Part shown: in pieces, positions 12,056 through 23,825 of the stretch
Layout of the letters: every line of letters begins with the position of its first letter
Numbering within the stretch: position 1 is the first letter of the stretch
Assembly: GCA_050575255.1 (NCBI GenBank)
Contig: JBNZDD010013728.1
Coordinates: 3,131,694-3,195,693 of the forward strand
From: Harriotta raleighana
Lineage: Eukaryota
Direction: 5' to 3'
DNA length: 64,000 nucleotides
Position numbers and translations under genes: made by a program
The notes under the pieces: model-generated
The model's input: the letters and a program-made list of their open reading frames with translations, nothing else
Told to the model about the DNA's origin: nothing
Databases searched by the model: none

Positions 12056-14049
12056 AAAGATATCAACAACAACAAAATTACATTTGTATAGCGCCTTTCA
12101 CGTCGGGAGGACATGAAAAGCGGTTGAATATCACGAGTTGCGAAAGCAAAATAAATACTTCACATTGTGAAATACAATAAAACTCCATTATAACTTGGTC
12201 ATTGGGGTCCAATCTCTCAAACTGCGAAATTTCCCATATTGCACACGAGCACTGTCTTTCGTACGGGTTGTCAAGTTACCTGGGCATCATTTCCCGCCTG
12301 CTAAGATATCCGCAAGTGTCACCCATGAAGTTCCTTCACAACTTTGACATCGGCAACATTTTCTGTACACAGTGTGAATGTGTCGTGTCCAGGAAGTGAC
12401 ATCATTGGGTACCTGTTGACTCAGAAGATGTATGGTTTGGTGATAGGTTTCTGAATGTGTCAGACACTCAGGGATGACTTGGAAGTCAGCCATTAGAGGC
12501 ATGCAGGAAGTTGACCTGTCTTTACACCAAAGGCAACTTGTATCTGCAGGGTACCACATTATAAGTGAGCCAGCTGGGGTGGTGAGGCGGAGGCAGGACT
12601 AATCTCCTCATAAGTTGCCATTGAAAGCACTGTTAGGTAAGCTTTCCTGCTACTTGTCTAACTGGACACCCCTCCTGTCGGGACTTTGGCTTGCAGAATT
12701 AACAGAGCTGATTGGGGAAAGTCCCTGCCCTCAGTGATTTGTCTGCCTTTCAAGCCTTGCCAATGAGCCAGGCTAGCTGTGCTGCCATTAGCAGTGTCTG
12801 GAGTACTGGCTCAGCAGCTGAACTACAGAGGGCGAGCTTGATTCTGACATTCAGTTTCCAAATGTGAGATCTTGGGGCCAGTTTAGCTCAAAGGAAACTC
12901 CCTTCACCTCCCTCCCAAGGGGAATAGTCAGATTTCACTAAGTGCACTGACCCACGGTGGGTGTAGATAAACAGGCACTAGATATTCAAAATGGCAAACT
13001 ATGGACGAGACAAGATTACAATTTGGGAAGCAGAGAAATACATGCGAAGAAAAAGAGTCACAAAAAATGTGGGGTGAAAATGATCACGGATATGTCTTGC
13101 AGTAGTGGTGGTTAGCTGTGGGTAACTTTTGGGTCATCAGAAAATAGCCAGCAGGACATCTGAACCTGCTTGGTAAATTCGCGACAAAGCAACACCTTCT
13201 TTCCAGTAGTTAGCGATCCATGATACTAATGTCACAACCATTAATAAAGAAAAATTCAAAAAGGAAAAATATATTTAGTCGGCCCACCACTATATTGAAT
13301 AAGTGAAAATTCAGACTTCATATGTTGAAACTATGCCATACACTGCATTTGTCACTCAGTCATTGTGGGAACTTCTTTTATTTTTATAATCATTAACTGA
13401 ACATCAAGTCACCTCGAGATGAGGAACATTATTCTTAGAATGTTATTCACCCAGCAAGAGGCAGATTAATCTGATGTACAATTCTGAAATAACATGACCA
13501 CTGTAGTTTCCTGTGATAGTGACAATCTCTCAATTATCAATGCAAAACCTCCCACACTGTGAGGCTCAATAAACTCCAAGCAAGCTGCTCAAATGAAGTT
13601 GCTCTAAACGTTCAAACTAAACCAGTACAGGAAATCTCTCGGTAAACAAAAAACGATAAAAATAACATTTTTGGTAAATAACTACTGATCACCTCAGGGT
13701 TCAAAGGCCAGACAGACTTGAGTCTTAAGCTTGTGTGACTATATTGTCCTTCAATCTAAGATTGCACTGAATTGTGAAAAATTATTTAGTTCAGTCTCAA
13801 TTTGAATCCTAGTTCCTTTTAAGGAACTGTGGAAATTCAGGCATGCAAATTAAGGCTGATTTAGATAATTTTCCATACAACTTTTGCGCATTTCTGCACA
13901 ATTTTAAAATGTTAAGACAAAATAGTCTCATAAGCTAAATGGGGTGGAATTTGGTAGTGCTAGCCTTGCTCTTGAAAGTCTCATCGCCCAAGACTGGTTC
14001 ATCACAGCTGTTCTCCTACAACAACAGATCAAATGCAGGGATTATTATT

Positions 14050-14395
14050 ATTACAATTTATATAGCATTGTTTTGTGTTGGGAGGATGTCTCTACAAGGT
14101 AACTGGGCACCCAAGGTTTTGCAAACCGTGAGGTATAGGTGACCAAAAGTGCAGCTTTAAGGCAGGGGAGGTGGTCGTATTCCGGGATGGATTTCCAGTG
14201 AACAGTTTGAAAGCTCAACCATGGTGGGTGAACTGGACATGGGGACATGAAGCAGATTGGTGTTAACTGAGCAGAGGGAGCAGCCAGGATAGTGGGGTCG
14301 CAAGAGGTCGCAGAGGTAGGGTAGGTTGAGATTGTGGAGGGATTTGAACATTAGGTCAAGGATCTTGATCCATTGGAGAATTCTACTGTACATAG
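14050..14395 (-). mobile_element. Decayed L2 3' fragment
   Basis: ORF KILDLMFKSLHNLNLPYLCDLL resembles L2 ORF2 KILxLxFKALHGLAPxYLSDLL. 3' terminus at 14050-14100. Confidence 0.8.
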
Positions 14396-15829
14396 CTCAG
14401 TGTGAAGTGGCATGGAGAATCTCACTTGGAAAATCTGCCAAAGGAGTCTGGTCATGATAAGAGATGAGCCATATTAACCAGGATAGGGTTAGAGTTGTGA
14501 TTGGAGAAAGCTTGATACTGACACAATGGAACATGTTCCATTGCCGGTATTCATCATTCACTTTGATGAACACAAAAGAAGAAAAATCACCAAAGATGAT
14601 ACGGTATTCACTTTTAAGGATACTGGAAAACCAGCAAGCAAGCCAACATGCTCTCAATAGAGCACAGTTATCACCCAGCAAAGAGCAATTCCCACAGAGC
14701 CCGTGATCCACTTGTAGATAAATGAATGCCTTAATTCACAAAAATCAATACAGCTCAGAATGTACAATTATAAAGTGAAACGAATGAGGTTCACAGTGTT
14801 CTTAGAGGTTTCTTTTTTAAAATGAATAGCTTAATAGCTTCCTTGTGTTTTCTCTTAAACATCCCTGTATACAGTATTTGGCAAAGATTGGAAATCTTTG
14901 ATAGTAATAAAGTTTCAATGATTTAATAGCCATGAATTACGTTACAGTGCTTTAGCATTTATAGTGTTTACTGAAGCAATAGCCAAAGCACAGTTTGTTT
15001 CTATGGCATCTCCAGGTCTGTTATTCAACACAAATATGCAGAACTAACAGCCAGAAAAAGATTAGATCAACTGAAGTCATATGAAAGGTAAAATTTATAA
15101 ATTTTAGCTCATGAATAATTCTTGTATTTGATACAGCATCTTATCATGTCGTTGAGACATTTCAAAGCGCTTCACAGAATATACTGTGAAGTGAATTGAC
15201 TGTAAATTTTGTAGGTGGGCAGTGGGGGTAAGGGGAAGAGGCAGTAACTGCATGGTCACAGAGGTGTTTGGAACATTCATCATCAGATTTAATCATACAT
15301 TGAGCTATTACACACATACTCGTGTCATTTGCCTCTTGCTGGTGCTGTTTAAGCTCTACTATTTGTCAGGTCATCAAGCCTGTGGGAAATTAAAATTCAA
15401 TCAAATTCACTGGATGTCACTGTCTAGACGGAAATATTGATTACATATTGCCTTGTGTCTGTGATTCATACAATCTGATTTTATCAGCAAGCGGATCTTA
15501 CAGCCATATGCCAAGACACGTACCTAGTCCTCAATAGCATTCTAGCTTAAAATACGTAGTGATGGATAGCAATAAGCAAGTTAGCATCAATTCCCCGCAG
15601 CTAAACGCTGCAAACATTCGCTGGAGATGAAGGGAAAAGGTCTTCGACATGAATAAGATAACTGCTGTTCAAAGTATTTGCCCTACAACAGAGCTTGTCT
15701 AAGGCAAATTCCATACTTATCCCAGCCAATTGACAACACACATTTTATGCCACTTTCTATACACTGAAACATGGTGTAGGCAGGTGGGTGTTTGCTATGT
15801 GTGGCCCACATCTAAGGCAGGTGACCCAT

Positions 15830-16470
15830 AGATTCAAAGAATTATATAACACAGAAGGAGGCCATTCACACAGCTGGTCAGACAGCATGTGGAGCTCCTG
15901 AAGCTCAGTGGTTCGAGCACTTGCCGTACAAGCGTGAGACCGGTGTTAAGTTTCCTTACTCCACACACCAAATAATAATCCCTCTAAAAAAAATTGGGAA
16001 TTTCAATCCACGACTGTTTATGGGACACTGCTGTGCACAATTGGCTGCCACTTTTCGCCCACAAATACAGTCAATTCACTTTACAATATATTCTGTGAAG
16101 CGCTTTGAAACATCTAGAAGACATGAAAAGTGCTAAATCAAAATGCAAGGATCATTGTTATTAATATATTATTCAGCCCATCGTATCTGTGCCACTTGTT
16201 TGAAAAGAGCAATCCAGTCCCCTACTCTCTCCCCAAAGCACTGCTATCTTGCCCTCCCCAAATAATTGTCTACTTTTCTTTTAAAAGTTGTTATCAAATC
16301 AGCTTCCTTTCAAGGCAATGCATTCCTGATTTGAACAATTCACTGTAAGAAAAAATTTCTCCACACCTCCCCACTGTTTTTTTAACAACTGTTTTAAATT
16401 GGTGTCTTCAGGTTGCAGACCCAACCACCAGCGGAAATGGTTTCTCTTTCTTCATCCCATCGAATCCGCT
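15830..16470 (-). mobile_element. CR1 3' fragment interrupted by a SINE
   Basis: ACACAGAAGGAGGCCATTCA (15849-15868) resumes as ATTCAGCCCATC at 16171, as in the intact CR1 tail at 45350-45376. Confidence 0.75.
15891..16165 (+). mobile_element. Young SINE inserted in a CR1 tail
   Basis: GGAGCTCCTGAAGCTCAGTGGTTCGAGCAC head, GGGACACTGCTGTGCACAATTGGCTGCC core, tail. Apparent TSD ATTCA (15864-15868 / 16171-16175). Confidence 0.9.
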
Positions 16471-17439
16471 CACAAATGAATTAATTGGCTTCCAAATTAA
16501 CAGTCAATTTATTTTCTAAATTTCCACAATCTTCAATTTTTTTTTAGACAATGCTCTTAAGTCAAAAACTATTAAGTATTTGAAGCCTCTTGTGGCTTGT
16601 TTGAAGAGCACAAGCTTGACTTCAGTTTTACTCTGGAGTTACTAATTATCCTTTTAAGAAACACAAAGCTTCTAAACAAATGCAACACAACCATGCATTT
16701 AAACAAGAGATGCAAGTCTGAACAATCCAACAAACTATTTGCCCCAGGTAGAGAACAAACAGGTTACTACATCCTAATTACATTACTCAGACAAACGAAC
16801 AGCTTCTCAAACCAAACAAGAACAGATATTACAACAAAGGAATCCTGTTGAAATTCCATTTCTGAGCAGCAAAAGTAATGCGTTCAATATTGAGATCAAA
16901 CGCTGTACAGTACACTCTGCTGAGGTCTGTTAGTTTCTTTCTTAACATCCCACACTCATTGGAATACTGTGGAGACCTGTAGCGTAGTTGTTAGAGCACT
17001 TATGTCGCAAGCAAAAAGGACCCAGGTTTGTTTCCCAAGTTAGGTGAAACTCTGGGCGGGGTTTATGGCACACACACACCTCAATTCCACCAATCTATCT
17101 CTGGGATTTTCAGGCGTAGGTGAGATGTATCTCAGCTTGGTTTGGTTACTCTTAAGCACAGTGATTGGTTTCCACATGTTCCAGACACCTGGCTGACCCA
17201 AAAAAAATTAACACCGAATTAAATTTTCATGTCAGGAGAATGTTCCAAAGCACTGGACAGTGCAAGATTTGAACCGAAGATTTCACTCTCGAATTTGGGT
17301 CAGGGATACTTTCAATGAAGCAATGTTCCATCTTGCAGCACTGGAATTCTCCTCAATAAGCACACTAACCAGCTGAAACCCCATAGCATGCCACTGAAAG
17401 CATTATCCACCATGTTTCCTACTGGTTATCCAGCCGGGA

Positions 17440-17820
17440 CCATTCTACCCACTAGGGCTTTAGCTTGCAGGGAGCTGAATGGAATGAGCCCCTGGACTTG
17501 ATTCCCAACAGGGTGAAATGTTGAGCATGTTTCCTTACCCTACATGCCTCTGTTTATCTAGCAGTAAGTAGAAACCCGGTTGCTTGAAGGCAATTGCTAG
17601 ATCGCTTTTCCGGGGTTAACAATTCCTTCAAAATAAATTTAAATAATTTGGATATTCAATGCACGGCTGCTTGTCGGACACTGGTGTGTGGACTTGGCTG
17701 CCACGTTTCAGCCACAAAATATGCAGTCAATTCATGTTACTGTATATTCTGTGAAGCTGTAGAGACGTTGTGAAAATGGGATTTATTGCTATATATTAAA
17801 TGCAAGGATTATTATTATTA
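17440..17820 (+). mobile_element. Older SINE variant with a longer central region and an (ATT)n tail
   Basis: Decayed head, TTTCCTTACCCTACATGCC (shared with the young SINE), extra TCTGTTTATCTAGCAGTAAGTAG block, Deu 3' core, ATGCAAGGATTATTATTATT. Confidence 0.6.
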
Positions 17821-18489
17821 GTCCTGCCGATGAGACAGCTTGGCTGTGCTGTCATCGGCAGTGCTCTGGTGTACTGTGGATCTGCTTAGCTAAGGAACTT
17901 GACTATTGGGTCCGCCATAGAGGACAACAAGGAATTAACAAGGACTTTGAACATCTTCTCAGTGTCATTAATAATCAACATTCCCAGCAGCTGACCAGCA
18001 CTTTAACTATGTCAACAAGAAGCACTAGCTACCGCGAACAGCACTGCACCTAAACTGAACCTGTTCAAATATATGCATGGTCCAATATACTTGACATAAG
18101 AATCTGAGTAATTTATGGCTAGGTTTTATTTGTTGTGACATTTTTATAAATTGCTGAGGAAACAATATTGTCAGACTAATTGAGGTTTCCAGACAAATCA
18201 TTCTTCCGTCCAGATGCACTTAGTTTTGAAAGCTCCTGACTTTCTAAAACCAGATGACAGAACCGAGTTAGGCTATTTAAATTGATTCAATCTAATCCTT
18301 GACTTGGCACAAAGCTGTGCAAAGTAACATTGAGTCAAGATTCTCTTTACCAAGGCTTCTGCGTGGTAGAAACAGCAGATTTTCTCCAGATCAGCACAAT
18401 GTAGTATATTGGTTCTTATTCAAATTTTCATAGATTAACACACTATTGACAACATTTCTCTTGCCCCTTCTCTTCTAAAAGTTTATCCC

Positions 18490-19150
18490 CTCCTCTCCTG
18501 AAGGTGCTGACTAACACTGGTTAACTATGGGGTTCCTTATCCTCAAATAAATGTGACCATTATTGCGTGAGACCAGGCAGTGTGTCAGCAGTAAATGTAA
18601 CTGTGGAAAGCATCACAGCTAAGACTGTTTCCTACCCTCACCTGCACATTTTCCTGTTTCCCATCCTCACCTACAAATTGTCCAGCTGGAATCACTAGAA
18701 ATGTGAATTTTGTGAATCAGAAAGAGGGAATTTTTGCCAGCCCTCATCAGTCATATCTTTTAGTATTCTTTGCTTTTGCTCTCCAAATTTCTAATTTTCC
18801 CTCATCTCCTGAATTAATTTTTCCTTTCATTATTTCAATATAGGAAACGGTTCTCAAATCTCAACCAAGAGACCGGTCTTCATTTGTCAACAAGCTTGAT
18901 CTCAATTTTCCTCAACCTGACATTTACACATTGCCATCACCTCCTGCACAGGGATCATAGTTCAGTGATCAGGGGTAGAAATCCTGGCTGATTTCATCCC
19001 CCACCCACCCCAAGCCTCCCCCCACCCCACACACAAACACATTCACCATGTCCTGAGGCTATTTCTAGCACTACAATTGATGCCTCAACTGTGATCAGCG
19101 CATACAGCTGAGATTATGAAAGGAATCCAGGACCCTCCTGGTTTCTAAGT
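18490..19150 (-). mobile_element. Decayed old SINE (family C) pieces
   Basis: CCTGAAGGTGCTGACT, AAATCCTGGCTGATTT and CTGTGATCAGC motifs recur at 4130, 30200 and 49660. Confidence 0.45.
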
Positions 19151-19859
19151 TCTGCTACTCCCTCAATACATTCTGCTAGTTGAGCAGGCAAACATAATCT
19201 TTCAATTAACTCTAGAGGAATACAAATTGCACATGACAAAGGTTCAGTTCCATACCTGCAAATGAATAATCCTTACAGTTTGGTATAGGGGATTTCATGT
19301 CAGTAGAATATTAACAACCACAACAAAATTACATTTTCAGCGCGACTTTCGTGTCAGGAGGGCATCCCATGGTGCTTCACAAGATATAATGTAAAATATA
19401 GTGACTGTGTGTTATTAGGACAATTGCCAGAATTGTAATTTCCATTTGTGTTTTTCAGAAGTGTTATTATAATTAACAGTGTGATCATTGGAGAGGTTCT
19501 CAATATTTATGACATGTCTGTTTGTAAACAACCATACGGTCCATTCACAAAGTGAATCTACTTCTAGAAAATGGATCATGTATATCCTCCAGAAGCATCC
19601 TTACCACACATTTCTCAGCTTGGTTGGGACTCTCATTGGTGTTGTGATCTTTGATCAGTGAAGTGACTGACAGCTACGTTTCAAATTGATGTGTGCTATC
19701 ACTAGAAGTGTTTTAACACTTTCAGCTGCACTATACGTGTATCACATCTACCTTAAACAGAAGATGCAACAACAACATGTATCACATAGGAAAACATCTC
19801 ATAGGAAATGTTCTATATTTCATCCATCACATAGGAAAATATCTCAAAACTTTTTGCTC

Positions 19860-20300
19860 AGTGACCGGGAAACCGAATAAAATGAACTTGCAGATTGAAA
19901 GATATAGAGGTAAGTGGAAGGTGACTGGAGATGCAACCAAAGATGTAGATTTTTGAAAGCAAAGAAGGGTGTGAGTTAAAGGGTACTTGAGGAAGAGAGT
20001 CCCAGAGAACAGAACCAAAGTGGCTGATTAACAGGGCCATCTTGATTACTATTATTCTCGTAATAATATTGTGAAATGTCACCCACCGATACTGGAGGCA
20101 GTGGAAGATGTGAAGTAGGGCTGATTTAGAGGGATTAAGCAGGGGAATTGGATGGCAGGAAATCACACGGGTAGGGTGGGGCAGGGGTTTACAGGTATTT
20201 GAAAGTTAGAACAACAATGTCCCAAGGCACTGAACAATAAAGGATTTCCACCTGAGAGGCGGGGTTGGAATCAAGAGGAATGGAGGGGAAAAGGGTGAGG
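19860..20300 (-). mobile_element. Decayed L2 fragments
   Basis: GAAGAGAGTCCCAGAGAAC, purine-rich L2 3' body, then ACAACAATGTCCCAAGGCACTGAACA (L2b end). Confidence 0.6.
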
Positions 20301-20304
20301 AACA

Positions 20305-21003
20305 AATGTGTCAGCCTGGCTCAATTAGTAGCACTCTCGCCTCAAAGTGAGAAGATTGTTGTTTCAAGCTGTAAATCAGGATTTTTAATTCACATTGTTG
20401 AGGCTGATGTTCCAATAACAACTTGCATTTATATAGAGCCCTCCACACTGGGTAGCATCTCAGTGGCGGAGCCTGACTCCGAGCCAGGGGGGTTGGGAGG
20501 AGATGGCCGTAAGCATGGTCAAAGAGAAAGGTTTTCAGGTGGGACTTGAAAAAGGGGGTGAGGCGGGTGGGTTGAGAACGTGTTCCAGAGTTCCGGGGCA
20601 CATTGGCTGAAAGCATGACCTCCGATGCTGGGGCAGCGGGTACAAGAGATAAGCTTGAGGCTGGTGGCACTTAAGTGGAGGCTTTGGGTGGTAGATTGGA
20701 GAGTGAGTAGGTCTGAGAGGTAGGTAGGTGCCAGAGAGTGAGCGGATTTGAACCCCAGGAGGATTGGCTATCTGGTTACAGTGTGTTGTAGAGGGGCTTT
20801 CTTTCAGATGAGATATTAAACCAAATCTCTCTGTTTAGGTGAATGACACCAGTCAAAAAGAGAATAATGGCGAATAATCCCAAAGATAAAAGTGATCATT
20901 CACTTCATGGCTGTTTGCTTAATATTCCAGTGTGAAAATCGGCTGCCTTGTTTGCAGTTCTAATTGAAAGGCACAATGTCAAATTCAAGCATTATAATTA
21001 TTA
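20305..21003 (+). mobile_element. DeuSINE with a nested L2a (minus strand, 20414-20762)
   Basis: Head TGGCTCAATTAGTAGCACTCTCGCCTC...AGGCTGATGTTCCA is interrupted by ACAACTTGCATTTATATAG (L2a tail). The Deu domain resumes at CTTTCAGATGAGATATTAAACC. Confidence 0.8.
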
Positions 21004-22364
21004 CTTCCATGGATCGTGAGCAATTCACATCATGGGCACGTTTTCTGCAGTTATCGGATACTTAGTCAACCCTGTTATTGTCACAGTGGGGAATCCTCAG
21101 AAAGACTTAATCCCTGGAACAATCTGTGTCTCTGCATGTCTCTGTATTTTCAGACTCCCAACAGATTGCTTAAATATAAAGGGATTTTGAGGTGTAATAC
21201 ACCAGACAGTGTATTCCGTTTTTTATCGGGTACATGGGATCTCTGTGGGTAGCCAATACACATCTTCAGTTGTCAACTATCCACTTTGATATGTTTAAAA
21301 CACTCAAAACTGTGTGTCCATTTTGAACTTTGAAGTTACAATCCTTTTTTAATCTCTCCCATAATAATATTCCTTCATTTGGTATAGTGATATTAGCACT
21401 TTGATAAGAGATATTCACAGGAGTTTACTGTTGTAACGGAGCTTTCCACAGTAACAACAAGAAATTGTGTTTATATAATGCCTTTCAAGTCGGGAGGACA
21501 TCACAAGGACATTGAAGGCTTAGCCTTAAAATCTGTGACAAGTTATCGTACTTTAGATTTTAGCAGACCCTATACTGTACTTATTGTCTACCAAATTTTG
21601 CAATGCACTCTCAATTATTAATCTTATCTTGATAATATTTCCACTGAAAAATAAAAATCCCCCCAAAATCCCCAGAACAATTGAGTCAGTTATGGAGAGA
21701 TATTCGATATTTTACAATAGGTTAATGCTGACAAAATAAATTAATTCTAGCTACTTTTAGCTCCAAACCAGACTTGTTATACCAATTTCAGCAATCTGTG
21801 AAACTCATTGTGATCTGGGGAAAACTTCACTTATGGCAAGACTTTGCATATCGACATCTCTGATTCAAGCCACATGATATAATCAGGGCATGCACAAGTG
21901 ACTTCATTATTTAATAGCAAGAAAGCATTTTGGTACCAATTTATCACTTAGAAGAATCTAAAAGCACTTTAAATTGTTTTTAAAGTAATAACTGTTGAAA
22001 TATTTAAAGTAGTAACTGTTGAGTGTAACTACTGTCATTTTGTATACAATCATTTTGATAGAGCAAGGCCTCACAAACAGTCATGATGTGAATGTCCAAT
22101 TTTATCTGAAAGGTTTTGACATTAGTCATTGATCTTACAGTTTTGACATTCATAGCCTGTCACAGTGGGAAGTCAGTAAATTGTGGGTTCCACCCCCACA
22201 TTAGGGCTTTTTGCTCATGATCTAGGCTGATGTTGTATCGCAGTGCTGGGAGTGCTGCATTGTCAATGATACTGTCTTTTGGATGGGACATTAAACCAAT
22301 CAAAACAAGTTGCTGGAGAAACTCAGCAGGTCAGGCAGCATCCATGGAGAAAGGAAGGTGAATC

Positions 22365-22393
22365 AACGTTTCGGGTCCAAGACCCTTCGTCAG
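22365..22393 (-). ncRNA. Minimal type I hammerhead ribozyme core (putative)
   Basis: Minus strand reads CTGACGA-A-GGGTC-TTG-GACCC-GAAA-CGTT. Confidence 0.6.
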
Positions 22394-22415
22394 AGCAACC
22401 CTTCGTCAGAACGTT

Positions 22416-22444
22416 CTGATGAAGGGTCGTGGACCCGAAACGTT
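22416..22444 (+). ncRNA. Minimal type I hammerhead ribozyme core (putative)
   Basis: CTGATGA-A-GGGTC-GTG-GACCC-GAAA-CGTT: catalytic boxes CUGANGA and GAAA flank a 5-bp stem II. Stem I is imperfect. Confidence 0.65.
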
Positions 22445-22788
22445 TACTTACTTTCCTTTTCTCCATGGATGCTGCCTGACCTGCTGAGTTTTCCCAGCAT
22501 CTGTAGTATTGTGTTTTGTTTTTCATTAAACCAAGCAAACTGACTCTACCTGTTTAGGTGAACGATAAAGATCCCATGACACTATCTGATGAGAGAAAGG
22601 GGATTCTCTCAGTACCCTGGCCAATAATCCTCCAGTACAATGAAATCTTTAACATCCACTTGAAAAGGCAGATGGGACCTTGATTTGTTATTTGAAGGAC
22701 AGCACCCTCAACAATGAAGCACATCCCTAGCTCTGTACTTAATAATAATAATCCTTGCATTTGATATTGTGCCTTATCACATCTTATC

Positions 22789-23783
22789 ACCGACCCATTT
22801 CCAGCCTCCCTTTTCTGTCAAAGGTCCTTGAAAGAGTCGTTGCCTCCCAGCTTCACTCTTTCCTTTCATCCCACTCCCTCCACGAGCCCCTCCAATCGGG
22901 CTTCCATGCTGCCCATAGCACGGAAACTGCTCTGGTCAACGTCACAAATTATATCCTGACCATTTGTGACCAGTGCTCCCTCTGCCACCTTATCCTCCTC
23001 AAACTATCTGCCACCTTCGATACCATGGACCATTCGATCCTCCTCCCCTGCATCTCCTACCAACTCAACCGTCAAGGTTCTGTCCTTGACTGGTTCAGGT
23101 CCTATCTTTCACACCGTCTCCACTTTGTGTCTGCCAACAGCTTTTCCTTCAGCTCTTGCACCATTGTGTGTGGCGTTCCTCAGGCCTCTGTCCTTGGTCC
23201 CCTGCTCTTCACCCACTACATGCTCCCCCTCGGTGACATCATCTGCAGATGCTGGGTAAATTTCCACATGTAAGTGCATGACACCCAACCCTATCTCTCT
23301 GCTTCACCCTCAACTCCAGAACTACCAGCGTCCTGACTGCCTGCCTGTCTGACATCAAGTCCTGGATGAGGGACAACTTTCTCCAGTTGAATGTCAGCAA
23401 GACTGAGGCCCTCCTGATTGGCTCGAGTCAGCACCTCCCCACCTCAGGTGCTGGCAGCATCAGCATTCAAGGCTGCACACTCCATCTCATGAAGTCAGTC
23501 AGGAAACTGGGTGGCTTGTTTGACCCTGAACTGTCCCCATACTGTGAAACTCCATCCAACAGTCCCTTCGCCTCGCTGCCTCCTTTGCCTCCTTCAAAGC
23601 TGGTCTCAAGACCCTTCTTTTCAATCGTGCTCTCTGCCGCTCTCCCACATCTCTGTCTCCCCTCCCCCCTACCCTGCCCCTCCGCTATGCTCGGGTCCCG
23701 ACCCCTGACTGTTCAGTTCCTTGAAACGTCTTTCCGACGTGAAAGGCACTCTCTAAATGTAATTTTTTTGTTGTTGTTGTTGC
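22789..23783 (+). mobile_element. L2b copy with decayed RT domain (pseudo-ORF2), internally deleted
   Basis: YHRPISSLPFLSKVLERVV, QSGFHAAHSTETAL, GVPQASVLGPLLF, broken YADD (HM*VHDTQ), NFLQLNVSKTEALLIG, (GTT)n tail. Confidence 0.92.
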
Positions 23784-23825
23784 TTTGAACATATGTTCCA
23801 CATATCCTGCTGGAATATCCTGTCA

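Larger units (their letters stand above)
22300..22523. mobile_element. Penelope-like (pLTR-derived) palindromic element with 11-bp TSD
   Basis: ~85-bp inverted arms around the centre TCAGAACGTTCTGA. Direct repeat CATTAAACCAA at 22289-22299 and 22524-22534. Confidence 0.85.
22165..22740 (+). mobile_element. DeuSINE (host of the palindromic insert) plus an inverted Deu fragment at 22645-22740
   Basis: TCTAGGCTGA..GTGCTGCATTGTC..GTCTTTTGGATGGGACATTAAACC, resuming after the insert as AAAGATCCCATGACACTAT. Confidence 0.8.

Noticed and set aside
14397-14711. Overlapping 104-aa and 80-aa ORFs sharing QWNMFHC
   Set aside because: The shared peptide simply reflects the 20-bp palindrome. No protein family match.
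22755-23788. 172-aa and 140-aa RT-like ORFs as a functional reverse transcriptase
   Set aside because: Stop codon in the YADD motif, frameshifts and an internal deletion make it a dead L2 copy.
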